A stretch of 64,000 bases of DNA from Octopus sinensis (Eukaryota), in the NCBI RefSeq assembly GCF_006345805.1, contig NC_042997.1:131440001-131504000 (forward strand), given 5' to 3'. The position numbers and the translations under genes are program-made. The notes below the pieces were generated by a model. The model worked only from the letters and a program-made list of their open reading frames with translations. It was not told the DNA's origin and ran no database searches. Numbering within the stretch: the stretch's first letter is position 1; every line of letters begins with the position of its first letter. This document shows, piece by piece, positions 24,658-38,018 of the stretch.

Positions 24658-26337
24658 AAAATTGTGGTGGTCCTTTGTGTGTGTGTGTCTGTGTGTATAC
24701 ATATAATGTGTGAGTATATATATGTTTGTGTATGTGTAATGGAGCTTGGTATGGCCTTCTGGCTTGCTGGCTCTCAGTCAAACCGTCCAACCCATGCCTG
24801 CATGGAAAGCGAATGTTAAATGATGATGATATATGTATGTGTCTGTATCTGTTTGTTTATGTCCCCATAACTCAGAAGTTTGGTAAAAGAAATCAATAGA
24901 ATTCAGCGGTGGTGCCCCAGCATGGCCGTGGCCTTCGGGCTAAAGCATTTTTAAGGATTTAAGGATTTAAGAATAATAGACTTAAGTATGAGTAGTACTG
25001 GGGACAATTTGTTCAACTAAAACCCTTTAAGGTGGTGCTCCAGCATGGCCACTGTCCAATGACTGGAACAAGTAAAAAAAAATGATAAAAAGATAAATCA
25101 CTCTTTTCCTGTTTCTAGAATTCCCACCCTTTCTATACTGCTGTTTAACCCCAGGTCAGAGCTGAATGAGTAGACATATGACTGAAGGCATTCTACCCTT
25201 GATCAGCCTGTCTTTTCAAACCTAGTTTATTCCATGATTAACAGTGGTCAATATCAAATTTTCATATGGGTTTTATTAATCTTTACCCTTTGCCTTCTCC
25301 TTGTTCCAGTTACAGGATTCTGGTAATGTCAGTGCACTGTCTTGAAGGGTTTAGTTGAGCAAATTGATCCCAGTACTTATTTTAAAAATCTGGTACTTAT
25401 TCTATTGTTCACTTTTGTTGAACTGCTAAGTTACAGGAATGTCAACAAGCATTGGTCGTCAAGAGATGCAGTTGGGTAGACACAAAGACACACAAAATGC
25501 TTTCACACAACTTCCGTTGAACAAATTAAATCACGAGGCATTGGTTGGTCCACAGCTATAATAGAAGACACTTGTCCAAAGTGTTGCACTGTGGAATTGA
25601 ACCTGAAAACACGTAGTTACAAAGTGAGTTTTAAAAAAATTTTTGAATGTGTGACATGAGAGAAATTTGGCTATTCTTTCTAGCAAATAGAGCAAAAACA
25701 AAGGAGGTCCCTTGTTGTTTAATCCTCAGCCGGCTCTGATTAAATAGCCATGTGATTAGAAGACATCCAGTCATTACCATTCCATCTTTTTCCTATGTGC
25801 ATGGAACCCGTTAATCGTATTATCCACTGCATCCCTTTTTAAGACGGTAGGGCATGATCAAAAAAGATTTGGTTTCTATTTCTAGTGGATCAACCAGCCA
25901 TGCAGACGTTCTTGTGTTGGTTTGAGTTTCCCTCGTATATACTCTTTGGCATTGACCTTCAGTAGTTCCAACTAAGCCTCAACCATATTGATATCAAGCA
26001 GTCTGTGATGGGGAGGGGCCATCATAATTATGGGCACTGCCCGACCTCCTCTTCCTTCCGACTTATTAATAATTAAAAACAAGTATATTGACCACTTGAC
26101 TGCTTTTGACCAGGAAACCACAAACACATGAATGCATGCAAGCATGGGCACATACATATGTGCGTTTGTGTTTATAATGTGTGTATATTTATGTGTGTGT
26201 GTATGTGTGTATGTATGTATGTATATATATGTGTGTGTATGTATGTATATATATATGTGTGTGTGTATGTATGTGTATATATATACATATATATATATAC
26301 ATATATATAATGTAAACATGTATAAATGTGTGTATCT

Positions 26338-26385
<48 letters not shown>

Positions 26386-26555
26386 TTATACACACACACA
26401 CATGACTTACTATCTGTTGTATGTAGCCAAATGGGCGTTGGAAGAGTTTGTGGGTGGAATTTGAAGTGTGTAGGCCTAGTTTTTGCTCAATATCAACTAT
26501 TTAATATATATATATACATACATACATACATACATACACATGTATATATATATAT

Positions 26556-26588
<33 letters not shown>

Positions 26589-26786
26589 CTGTTTCAGATA
26601 TGTATATATTAGAAAATGCAGTATCTACATTTATGTGTGTATGTGTTTCTACAAATGAATCAATGTTTATATAATTATGTTCGTAAGACGTGGCTACATG
26701 TCTTGGAATACATACATCATATGCATGCTTATATTGAAATAATAATGCCACTACACACCACTCGTATGCAAACATATGTATGACTG

Positions 26787-26823
<37 letters not shown>

Positions 26824-27491
26824 AAAAATAAGCTAGTTGCTGTTAATACTTATTCAAGTACCCCACCTCCTCAGATAGAAAGGTCCTACATAAATATGTG
26901 GAAATAGTTAATGTAAACATATATATATGTGTTTGTGTTTGAGCGTAAGTGACACATACATAAGTGAACATAGCTACTTTGCAAGTAGTGTTGCACAACT
27001 ATGTTTATATGTGCACAAATACATATACACTATGTATGTGTATAACTAATGCTGCATATATAGAAATGTATCTCATAGTTACATGTAAACAATTATGTAT
27101 CTAGGGCTGCTGAAATTTGCAAAAGAACTTGGTGACTGACTGAATGGGCTCTGTCCAACCCATACCAGCATGGAAAAGCAGCTGTAAAAATGATATCTGA
27201 TATTAAATGATGAATGACTGACTTTACATACATACATACATACATGTATTCATGCATGCATGCATGTATGTATGTATCTATGTATGCATACATGTATCTT
27301 TGTATGTATGTATGTATGTGTCAATGTATGTTTTAGATTATAAAGTTTATGTAGGGTGTGTGTTTAACTTGAAAATGTGCTTTTATGTAAGTCTGTTGAT
27401 GATAATTCGTACCCATGTTTCACAAAATATTCTTAAAGACAAAACGGTATCCATTGATTAGCAACAGTTCCAGTATTCTGTCTGTCTAACC

Positions 27492-27492
<1 letters not shown>

Positions 27493-27576
<84 letters not shown>

Positions 27577-27587
27577 CCTATCTATCT
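27493..27587. repeat. (ATCT)n microsatellite
   Basis: Near-perfect tetranucleotide run. Confidence 0.95.
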
Positions 27588-27665
27588 AAATATTTGTATG
27601 TCTATTTGTCCATATATATATACATATAATTTGTTTGTCTATCTGTCTATATATATATATATATA

Positions 27666-28117
27666 TCATCATCATCATCATCATCATTTAACGTCCGCTC
27701 TCCATGCTAGCATGGGTTGGACGGTTCAACTGGTGTCTGGGGAGCCCGAAGGCTGCACCAGGCCAGTCAGATCTGGCAGTGTTTCTACAGCTGGATGCCC
27801 TTCCTAACGCCAACCACTCCGAGAGTGTAGTGGGTGATTTTATGTGCCACCGACACAGGTGCCAGACGAGGCTGGCGAACGGCCACGCTCGGATGGTGTT
27901 TTTATGTGCCACCGACACAGGTGCCAGACAAGGCTGGCAGACGACCACGCTCGGATGGTGTTTTTTATGTGCCACCGATACAGGTGCCAGACGAGGCTGG
28001 CGAACGGCCACGCTCGGATGGTGTTTTTATGTGCCACCGACACAGGTGCCAGACAAGGCTGGCAGACAACCACGCTCGGATGGTGTTTTTATGTGCCACC
28101 GACACAGGTGCCAGACG
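27666..28117 (-). mobile_element. Family C retroposon with internal ~62-bp VNTR (about 4.4 units)
   Basis: TATGTGCCACCGA at 27841, 27903, 27966, 28028 and 28090. Confidence 0.85.
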
Positions 28118-28695
28118 ATCTATCTATCTATCTATCTTTCCTTCCCCTGCTTTCCCTTCTTTTTTTCCTTCCTAAAAACCAACCATCAACAGCAAATGAA
28201 TACAGTTTGGTAACATACCATGCTATCACCAGTAGTTTTAGGTGCTTGTGTAGCTATGACCAGGCATAAAACACTCTCTTTCCCAGCCTTTGACCTAGCA
28301 GCACATCCAGGATGTAACAGCTAGGAGGAGTGAGAGCTGCATCAGCTCTACTTGGCTGGTACTCATTTTTGGCAGTGTAGACTGGAGCAACATGATACAA
28401 AGTGCTTTGCACAAGAACACAATACACTATCTTGTACAGGAAGTGAACCCGCGACATTATGACGGTCAGCTGAACACTTTAACCTCTAGGCTATGTACCT
28501 TTCTGTGTGTGTATGTATAAATCTATACATACACACATAAACATGCACACACACATATATAACATTTTTCATGAGTGTATGTGTGTATATACACCTACAC
28601 ACACACATATATATATAGTTTCTATCTTTTACTTGTTTCAGTTGTTAGACTGTGATCATACTTGGGCACTATCTTTGAAGAATTTTTAGTTGAAT

Positions 28696-29078
28696 GGCAT
28701 AGGAGTGGCTGTGTGTTAAGTAGCTTGCTAACCAACCTCATGGTTCCGGGTTCAGTCCCACTGTGTGGCACCTTGGGAAAGTGTCTTCTATTATAGCCAC
28801 AGGCCGACCAAAGCTTTGTGAATGGATTTGGTAGATGGAAACTGAAAGAAGCCCATCGTATATGTGTGTGTATACATTTGTGTGTCTGTGTTTGTCCCCC
28901 CAACATCGCTTGACAAAAGATGCTGGTGTGTTTACATCCCCGTAACTTAGTGGTTTGGCACAAGAGACCAATAGAATAAGTATTAGGCTTACAAAGAATA
29001 AGTCGATTTGCTCGACTAAAGGCGGTGCTCCAGCATGGCCACAGTCAAATGACTGAAACAAGTAAAAGAGTAAAAGAG
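28696..29078 (+). mobile_element. Family A SINE, full length
   Basis: Complete head, body and tail. Confidence 0.85.
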
Positions 29079-29768
29079 AATGAATCAACTGTAGTTTTTA
29101 TTGTTTTTTGTTTTTTTAACCCTGGTACTTATACTATCATTTTTTTTTTTTGCCAAACTGCTAAGTTGCAGGGATGTAACTTGTCAAGTGGTGGGTGGAG
29201 GGCAAACATACATAGATATACATATGATGGGTATCTCTCATTTTCCATCTACCAAATCCACTCAAAAAAGACTTTGGTCAGCTTGAGGCTATAGTAGAAG
29301 ACAGTTGCCCAAAGTGTCACATAGTGGGACTGAACCAAGAACCATGTGATTTGGGAGCAAACTTCATACAATGCAGCCATATATATATAATTATCATCAT
29401 CATACATCCATTTTCCATGGTGGCATGGGTTGGATGGTTTGACTGAGGTCTGGAAAGCCAGTGACTGCACCAGGCTCCAATCTGATCTGGCAGAGTTTCT
29501 ACAGCTGGATGCCCTTCCTAATGCCAACTACTCCAAGTGTGTAGTGGGTGCTTTTTATGTGCCACCAATGGAGGGAGTAAATCAATTACATAAACCTTAA
29601 TGTTCAACTGGTACTTATTTTATCAACCCTGAAAGAATGAAAGGCAAAATCAACCTCAGTGGAATTTGAGCTCAGAACCTGGAAGAAATGCAGTTAAATG
29701 TTTCATCGAACTCACTAATAATTCTGCCAACTTGCCACATATGAGTGATTAAAATTAATAATAGTAGT

Positions 29769-30163
29769 TACTCTTTTACTCTTTTCAATCATTGCAGCCA
29801 TGCTGGAGCACCGCCTTTAGTCAAGCAAACCGACCCCTGGACTTATTCTTTGTAAGCCTAGAACTTATTCTACCAGTCTCTTTTGCCGAACCGCTAAGTT
29901 ACAGGGATGTAAACACACCAACATTGGTTGTCAAGCGATGTTGGGGGAACAAACACAGACACACTGACATATACACACACATACATATATACACATATAC
30001 GACGGGCTTCTTTCAGTTTCCGTCTACCAAATCCACTCACAAGGCTTTGGTCAGCCCAAGGCTATAGTAGAAGACACTTGCCCAAGGTGCCACGCAGTGG
30101 GAACGAACCCAGAACCATGTGGTTGGAAAGCAAGCTTCTTACCACACAGCCGCTCCTGCGCCT
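29769..30163 (-). mobile_element. Family A SINE, full length
   Basis: Complete head, body and tail. Confidence 0.85.
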
Positions 30164-30650
30164 ATTTAAAACCTGCCTTATTTAAAACTTTCAGCATAAA
30201 TCAACATATTTTTGACAGGAACAGTGTATAGTAGATGAAATTGAACAGCAATATGGTAGGGTTCTTTATTTCATCAACCTTGCTAGAGAGAACAACAAAG
30301 TTTGCTACATTAATATTTGAACTTAGAATGCAAAGGGTCATGCATGACTAAATGCCACCAGGCTTTTAGTCATGCATGTCCCTTTATATATTACATGCTT
30401 TTTTTTTTTTCTGGCAATTCTGCTGATTTCTGCTTTTTTGTCATCCACTGCTCATCAAATAAAAGTAATTTCTAATTTTTGTTCCCAACTCACAAATGAA
30501 AATCAGTTCAATGGATGCCTCATGTAATGGTTTCTGATTTAGACTCATGACCAACATTTTTCAGATGAGGAGATTAGTTGATATCGTCAGCTACTTTTTA
30601 TTGCCCTTTAAAGGATGAAAACCAAAAAATTCTTCTTTCCCTTATACCCT

Positions 30651-30870
30651 TACTCTTTCTCTCTCTTTTACATGTTTCAGTCATTTGACTGCGGCCATGC
30701 TGGAGTCCCACCTTTAGTAGAGCAAATCGACCCCAGGACTTATGCTTTGTAAGCCTAGTACTTGTTCTATCAGTCGCTTTTGCCGAACCGCTAAGTTACG
30801 AGGACGCAAACACACCACCAGTTATCAAGTGATGTTGGGGGGACAGACACAAACATATACACACACATAC

Positions 30871-30928
<58 letters not shown>

Positions 30929-31091
30929 GACAGGCTTCTTTCAGTTTCTGTCTACCAAATCCACTCACAAGGCTTTGGTCAGCCCGAGGCTATAATAGAA
31001 GACACTTGCCCAAGGTGCCACACAGTGAGACTGAACCCTGAACTATGTGATTGGTAAGCAAGCTACTTAACACCCAACCACTCCTGCGTCT
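30651..31091 (-). mobile_element. Family A SINE, full length
   Basis: Complete head, body and tail. Confidence 0.85.
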
Positions 31092-33093
31092 ACTTTCTAT
31101 TTTATTCCTTCAGTAAAATGGTTTGTATATGCAGATATGTGAGATAGGAATTACTTTAGGTGTGTGTAGTAAGTCTTAAGAGAAAGGGGCTGCAAAGTTT
31201 CAGTTGCATATATAAGATATACTTTCATTAGCATCATTATGATATGCCTGTGAAAATATTAAGCACCAGAAAAGATAGCAAAAATAGTGGTGAGGATATT
31301 TTGCAGTAAGTCCGTAAAAATCTCTACTTGATCAATTCTGGCTGTCACAATCAGCGTGATTGTCATCATCATCATCGTTGTTGATATTGTTATGCTAATC
31401 TTAAACATTTTAATGTTTGCCTTTTCTACACTATCATGGGTTAGACAAGGACTTATAATAATAAACAAATACACATACAAATATATTTAAAAAAAGTGAG
31501 CTAAGGGAACTAACTTAAGTGTGTCAATGCCAAGAATTTGAATAATTCTAGGAGGTGGTGATGTCAGGAATGAAGTCCACAAAAATTTTCAATGAATTGA
31601 AATTTGCCTTTTAGAGAAAAGAAAACAAAAATCTTGCAAAATTTTTAACCACTAAAATAATAATAATAAAAAATAAATGAAATAAAAACTAAAAATAAAA
31701 AGATAATTAATTCAGAATTAATTTCACAGAAAATTAAATTTTCATGTAAGGAGAAGGGGAGAAAATTTGATCTTTGTTAGCAGGCATAGTAATGGCTATA
31801 GTTATGTACACATGTGTGTATATATGTATATATATTTGTATTTATGGGTGTGTAAGTGTGTATCTAAATGTGTATGTGTGCATATATATATATACTTTTG
31901 TATATATTATGTCATACATATGTACGTTTTTCTTAAACAGTAAATATATACCCAACTGTATATTATTGTGTGTGTCTATCATCATACATACATATATATA
32001 TATTGCATTTTTTTTAATTGAAACATACTTCATAACACTATTAAGTAAAGCAAAGAAAATTATGTAAATTTATGTTCATAAGCCTGATAATATCAAAGAT
32101 AATGATGACTGGGTTGTGAATAGTCTGGTGATAGACATTGATTACATTTTGATAATTGTTCAATAATAAAGATGATGGGTGGGTGAGTGGTGTTAGTGTT
32201 TAGCCACAGGTCAATCTTGATTGAGCTGACATATAATCAAAGGCTCTCTCGCCATGAACACCCTGTTGTTTGAAGGGGTATGTCTAGGGTATCTTTCATT
32301 TATATAAGATAGCGTGAGGTGATTTGAGGGAGATTTGGCTATTATTTCTTGCAAAATTGGTAGAGTAGTGGACAAAAATGACTTTGCAGTAGTTCTTTGT
32401 TACATTGTTAGTTCAAGTCCCGTTGATGTCAACTTTGCTTTTCATCTTTCTGGGATCAATAAAATAAAGTATCATTCAAGTGCTGGAGTCGATATAATTG
32501 ACTTTAGCCTTTGGCCCAAATTTTTGATCTTGTGCCCATGTGAGAAATCAATAATTATTCATTGAAGTTAGGCTAACAGAGTTCACCTTAACAGACTTGG
32601 TGTGTAGCAGAAGCAGCAAAGTGTTGCATTATGGTATTTAGTTATCTATTTGCCACTGTCCTTCGCACTCATGTGAACTTACTTACCTACCTATATTTAC
32701 TTATATTCACCTTCCTGTAACTTGAGAGGATATCTTGACACATCTTCACCATCTTTTCTTTCCAACTGAAGTTACAATATAATTCTCAATAGCAAGATGC
32801 TTGTTCTTGTCTCTTTATCATACTTTAGTCTCCCATCACCTGGCCTAAAGCCACCTCCCTCAATACCACTCCCAACTCAGTTGAGGAGGGTCTTGTCTTA
32901 TGAGTTACTTGGTGACCCCCTTCCACTAGAGCTGGTGTTTCATAAAAAGCACCCAGTACAGTATGTGAAGTGATCAGGAAGAACATCTAGCAATAGAAAC
33001 GAAACCAAAACAGACATAAGTGTTTGGTGCAGTCCTCTGTCTGGCTTGCCAGCTCCTGCACAACTTCCCAACCTATGCCAGCATGAAAATGAT

Positions 33094-33139
<46 letters not shown>

Positions 33140-33142
<3 letters not shown>

Positions 33143-33506
33143 CCACATGATTCCGGGTTCAGTCTCCCTGTGTGGTACCTTGGGCAAGTGTCTTCTACAA
33201 TAGCCTCGGACCGATCAAAGCCTTGTGAGTGGATTTAGTAGATGGAAAAAGCCCATCGTATATATGTATATATATTTGCATGTGTGTGAGTATGTTTGTG
33301 TGTCTGTGTTTGTCCCCTCCAACATCACTTGACAACCGATGCTTGTGTGTTTACGTCCCCGTAACTTAGCGGTTCGGCAAAAGAGACTAATAGAATAAGT
33401 ACTAGGCTTACAAAGAATAAGTCCTGGGGGCGATTTGTTTGACTAAAGGTAGTGCTCCAGCATGGCCGCAGTCAAATGACTGAAACAAATAAAAGAATAA
33501 AAGAAT
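33140..33506 (+). mobile_element. Family A SINE, slightly 5'-truncated
   Basis: Match to other copies. Confidence 0.82.
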
Positions 33507-33830
33507 ACATAGATTGGTCATCAACTACATTAATTTTACAGGCCTAGAAGGGTCGATGTCTTCTTTGATGAACTTATAGAGACAGAAAATAATCTATTGT
33601 ATTGGTCCACTCTGACATCCCTACTACAACACTAGAACTAGACTGCTAAACTTATACTAAGCTGATACTTCATATAACAATACCAGTGGGCATGGTTGTC
33701 ACTTGAGTATTCAGCACCACAGGCCTTCTCCCAGCTCTACGATAAGTGCCCCCCTTTGCATCGTCATATAATTTGCACCCCTTTCTTAGAGTCCTACAAT
33801 ACGTACCTCTTCTCTCAACCTTAGAATGTG

Positions 33831-34124
33831 CACTTATTCTATCAGTCTCATTTGCCGAACGACTTAGTTACAGGGACATAAACACACCAACGTCAGTTGT
33901 CAAGTGATGGTGGGGGTACAAACACACACACATACATACATACATACATACGCATATATATACACACAACGGGCTCCTTTCAGTTCTGTCTGCCAAATCC
34001 ACTCACAAGGCTTTTGGTTGGCTCGAGGCCATAGTAGAAAACACTTGCCCAAGGTGCCATGCAGTGAACCCAGAACCATGTGGTTGGTAAGCAAGCTACT
34101 TACTACAGAGCAACTCCTGCACCT
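33831..34124 (-). mobile_element. Family A SINE, 3'-truncated
   Basis: Match to other copies. Confidence 0.8.
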
Positions 34125-34831
34125 ATGTATGCCCAGTGTTTATAGAAAATGTGTGGACATAGAAGTCCAGAGGGATATTGCTGTGGGGAAGAAGAAATAA
34201 ATGAAATGCTCAGCACAGGGTTCGGTCCAGTTAAATTATACCCCTTCCCTGCCCATGAACAGACAGACCCAGCAAATTTATGGCTTTGTTCCAATACGAG
34301 AAATCGATATATCTAGTTTTACTATCACTGTTCTAAGGTTCAAAAACAGTGCACAGTTACAATAAGTCTATCATCTCTCTCTCTCTCCTTTTCTTTCCGT
34401 CTCAAATACCAGTTAAACAATGGGGAATTGATTTTATTCAGTATAGCAAATTATATTTATTCAAATGAGGGCAGTCAAGGTTAGTAGAATTTAGTGAAAT
34501 TGTTATGGTATTGGCTTTAAGGCATCTTATTCGGTGTACTTAATGTCTTGGGCGTAAATCCTACAGAAGTGAATAAATAAATTAAAATTTTATTCTATTT
34601 CTTCTGGCTTGATAAAATAGCATTCAGTTATTTGGGCTGATTCAATCAAATTTACTCCTCCTCCTCCAACAAAAATTGGAAATCAATAATTTGTTTTATT
34701 CAAGAAATAGAGATTCGATATAGTAAGATATCATGCTGTGTGCTCAGTAGTATCACATTCAGAGGTTTCTCTGACGTGAGTTCAAACTTCACCCAATATT
34801 ATTTTTACGTTCTTTTGAAATTATGTATATA

Positions 34832-35229
34832 GGTGTAGGAGTGGCTGTGTGATAAGCAGCTTGCTTACCAGCCACATGGTTCCAGGTTCAGTCCCACTGC
34901 ATGGCACCTTGGGCAAGTGTCTTCTACTATAGCCTCATGCCGACCAAAGCCTTTTGAGTGGATTTGGTAGACGGAAACTGAAAGAATCCCATCGTATATA
35001 TGTGTGTGTGTGTGTATGTTTGTGTGTCTGTGTTTGTCCCCGCAACATCACTTGACAATCGATGCTGGTGTGCTTACGTCCCCGTCACTTAGCAGTTCAG
35101 CAAAAGAGACTGATAGAATAAGTACTAGGCTTACAAAGAATAAGTCCTGGGGTCGATTTGCTCGACTAATGGTGGTGCTCCAGCATGGCCACAGTCACAT
35201 GACTGAAACAAATAAAAGAGTAAAAGAGA
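34832..35229 (+). mobile_element. Family A SINE, full length
   Basis: Complete head, body and tail. Confidence 0.85.
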
Positions 35230-36165
35230 GATACTACTTGTATATATATGCAAAATATGTATATTCTACATACGTAAAGTATGTCCAAAAGATAAGGAGT
35301 GGAATGGGTAAAATAAAAAACACCAAACATTTCATAACAAGCTGAAGTTTCTTACATAACAATTATTGAACGCAAAACATCTTAGTTAATCTTCAGTCTT
35401 TGTTACCTCAACAGTTTCCACATATATTATACATACTTTATATGCCATTGACTATGTACCATCATCAAATGTCAAAATTGTTACCTTTCACTTACAGTAT
35501 TTTCTTCATATTTTACCATTAAAACTCTGTTTTTACCTCTCTCTAGCTTGCCAGTCATTTAAAGATCTGTCAGAAAATTAAAATACTTAACCCTTATAAT
35601 ATTAAAAAAATAATAATGAAATTATTGTATACAGTGCTCAGGTGCACTACAACTTGTCAAAAGTCCGTTAAAGCATAGCTCTAGGCCCCCAAACATTTAT
35701 ACATCACACAACCTTTTCAACTGTATCCCATTTTCTCAACTCTGTCATTAATCCTTTCTCCTTTCATTCCTTGCCTTGCTTCCTTATCTTTTCCTCTTAC
35801 ACATCCTGCATCCCTCCACTTAGGATCATTGCCCATTCTCTTTTATGCTCCCTCAGTTATGGGGGCAACTTTAGGCCCTTAGCCCTGAAAATCATGAGGT
35901 AATCAACACTGGTGTTGGTGGCACAAAAAAGAAACAAACACCCAGTACAGTCAGTAAAGTGGTTGGTGTTAGAAAGGGCTACCAGCTGTAGAAACAATAC
36001 CAACTGTTTCATGCATGACATAGCCCTTTCACTTGTCAGATCCTGTCAAACTTCCCAAACCATGTACACATGGAAGATGGCCATTGAATGATGATGATAT
36101 TGTCAGGATTGTAGCATGAGAGAAATGGAAGACAGACACAACAATCTTCAGTAATACAATGCAAT

Positions 36166-36380
36166 CTTCTTCTTACAGCATTCACCCGGGGTTGGTTGGA
36201 CTGGCTTCATTTATCCTCAATGCTGCATATCTCACAAATGCCGACCAGGCCTGGCGATTTGAGGCTAACGACCGCGTGATCTCCAACCACTCCTTATTTC
36301 AGCAACGAACGCCGTAGATATGGGGGCCTAGGTTGGGTTCCAGATCAGCCTTGACCGTCATTAGCCAGATTTGATGGCTG
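36166..36380 (-). mobile_element. RTE-clade LINE 3' fragment
   Basis: Minus strand: WLMTVKADLEPNLGPHIYGVRC*NKEWLEITRSLASNRQAWSAFVRYAALRINEASPTNPG*, then (AAG)n tail; TSD-like caatgcaat/caatgctat. Confidence 0.75.
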
Positions 36381-36630
36381 CAATGCTATGCTAATAATTA
36401 GATTATGACAACTAACAAGACCCATGAAAATTCTGTTTTAGAAATGTTTTTCTTTCATTTTGGTGCATAAATTTATTGATCTTCATAACATCATTTCATT
36501 ATGTTTCTATTATATAAAATAATTATGAACTTATTATATACTGTGCTCAAGTACATTACAACTCATTGATATATACTAAGAGAGGGATAGAAAGCAGCAG
36601 TAATCATGTAAATAAAGACAGCAATGAAAA

Positions 36631-36859
36631 GCGGTGAGTTGGCAGAAATGTTAGCGTGCCGGGCGAAATGCTTAGCGGTATTTCATCTCCCGTTACGTTT
36701 TGAGTTCAAATTCCGCCAAGGTCAACTTTGCCTTTCATCCTTTCAGGGCCAATAAATAAGGTACCAGTTATGCACTGGGGTTGATATAATTGACTTAATC
36801 CGTTTGTCTGTCCTTGTTTGTCCCCTCTATGTTTAGCCCCTTGTTGGCAATAAAAAAAT
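36631..36859 (+). mobile_element. Family B SINE
   Basis: tRNA head plus Meta-like domain. Confidence 0.85.
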
Positions 36860-37157
36860 TAAAATGAAGGCCAAAAATGCATGGTATAGTACACGAGATA
36901 CAACACAAGTCAAAGAAGTGACCTATGAAAAAAAAGCCACAAAGAAAAAAAAGGGAGGCATAGGCACATCTGGAGTAGTATTTACAAATTTTGGGAAGCA
37001 CAGAATTTTTAAAAGATGCAGTATCCTGACAGCTAACAAGTGATACAAATGGTTTATTTCATACTTTGATAGTTCTGAATATGTGTGTGTTTATGTTGCA
37101 CTGAGTCTCTTGGCTTTTTAACAAAACAGTCTGACAAAGTTCAATAAAGTAGATACC

Positions 37158-37390
37158 TATTTCTTTACTACCCACAAGGGGCTAAACATAGAGGGGACAA
37201 ACAAGGACAGACAAATGGATTAAGTCGATTATATCGACCCCAGTCCATAACTGGTACTTAATTTATCGAACCTGAAAGGATGAAAGGCAAAGTTGACCTC
37301 GGCGGAATTTGAACTCAGAACGTAATGGCAGGCAAAATACGGCTATGCATTTCGCCCGGCATGCTAACGTTTCTACCAGCTCGCCACCTT
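37158..37390 (-). mobile_element. Family B SINE with TSD
   Basis: TSD aataaagtagatacc (37143-37157) / aataaagtacgtacc (37391-37405). Confidence 0.85.
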
Positions 37391-38018
37391 AATAAAGTAC
37401 GTACCAGATAGAAATAAATACTGTGGTTGATATGCTTGAATAATCTCTTTAAAGGTGGTGCCCCAGAATGGCCAGTGAACAATGTTTAAAACCATTTAAA
37501 AAAAAGTCAAAGAGCATTTAACCATTCTTCTACAATAGTAGGTATTTTATTTTGCTGAGTCAGGAAAACTTAATATTTATTTAACTAAGGTATAAGATTA
37601 TTCTTGTCACATTCTGCTATTAACACTGGGGTTTGGTAGCAAAGAAAACGTTTGCCAGGGTCTCCCTTCTGAAATTATATAGCCTGTATCAGATCTCATT
37701 ATTAGTTAGCATTTGGTGGGGAGTTATGACATAGTCTCTAGTTTGTTGTTTATTTTCTTTTACTTTGAGGGTGGTGATGGAGGTTTGGAGTTTATCCATT
37801 AATCAACAACCACTGAGATCACTTAACATCAGCTCAGCACTCTGATGGACTACCACCTCTACTTACACTCCAACACACACACACAAACACTTCACTCCCT
37901 CTCTTTGACCCATTCTCTCTCTCTCTCTCTCACTCAATTGCTTTTTCTGCCTCTTATTCACTCATTCTCTAGCACTCACTTACCCTTCAGCATCTACTCA
38001 CACTCTCCAATACAAATT

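Noticed and set aside
27688-28269. Overlapping 77-169 aa ORFs
   Set aside because: Products of the ~62-bp VNTR in a family C element
36101-36410. Solo LTR (TGTCA...TGACA)
   Set aside because: No matching TSD; the interior is explained by an RTE 3' fragment with its own TSD-like flanks
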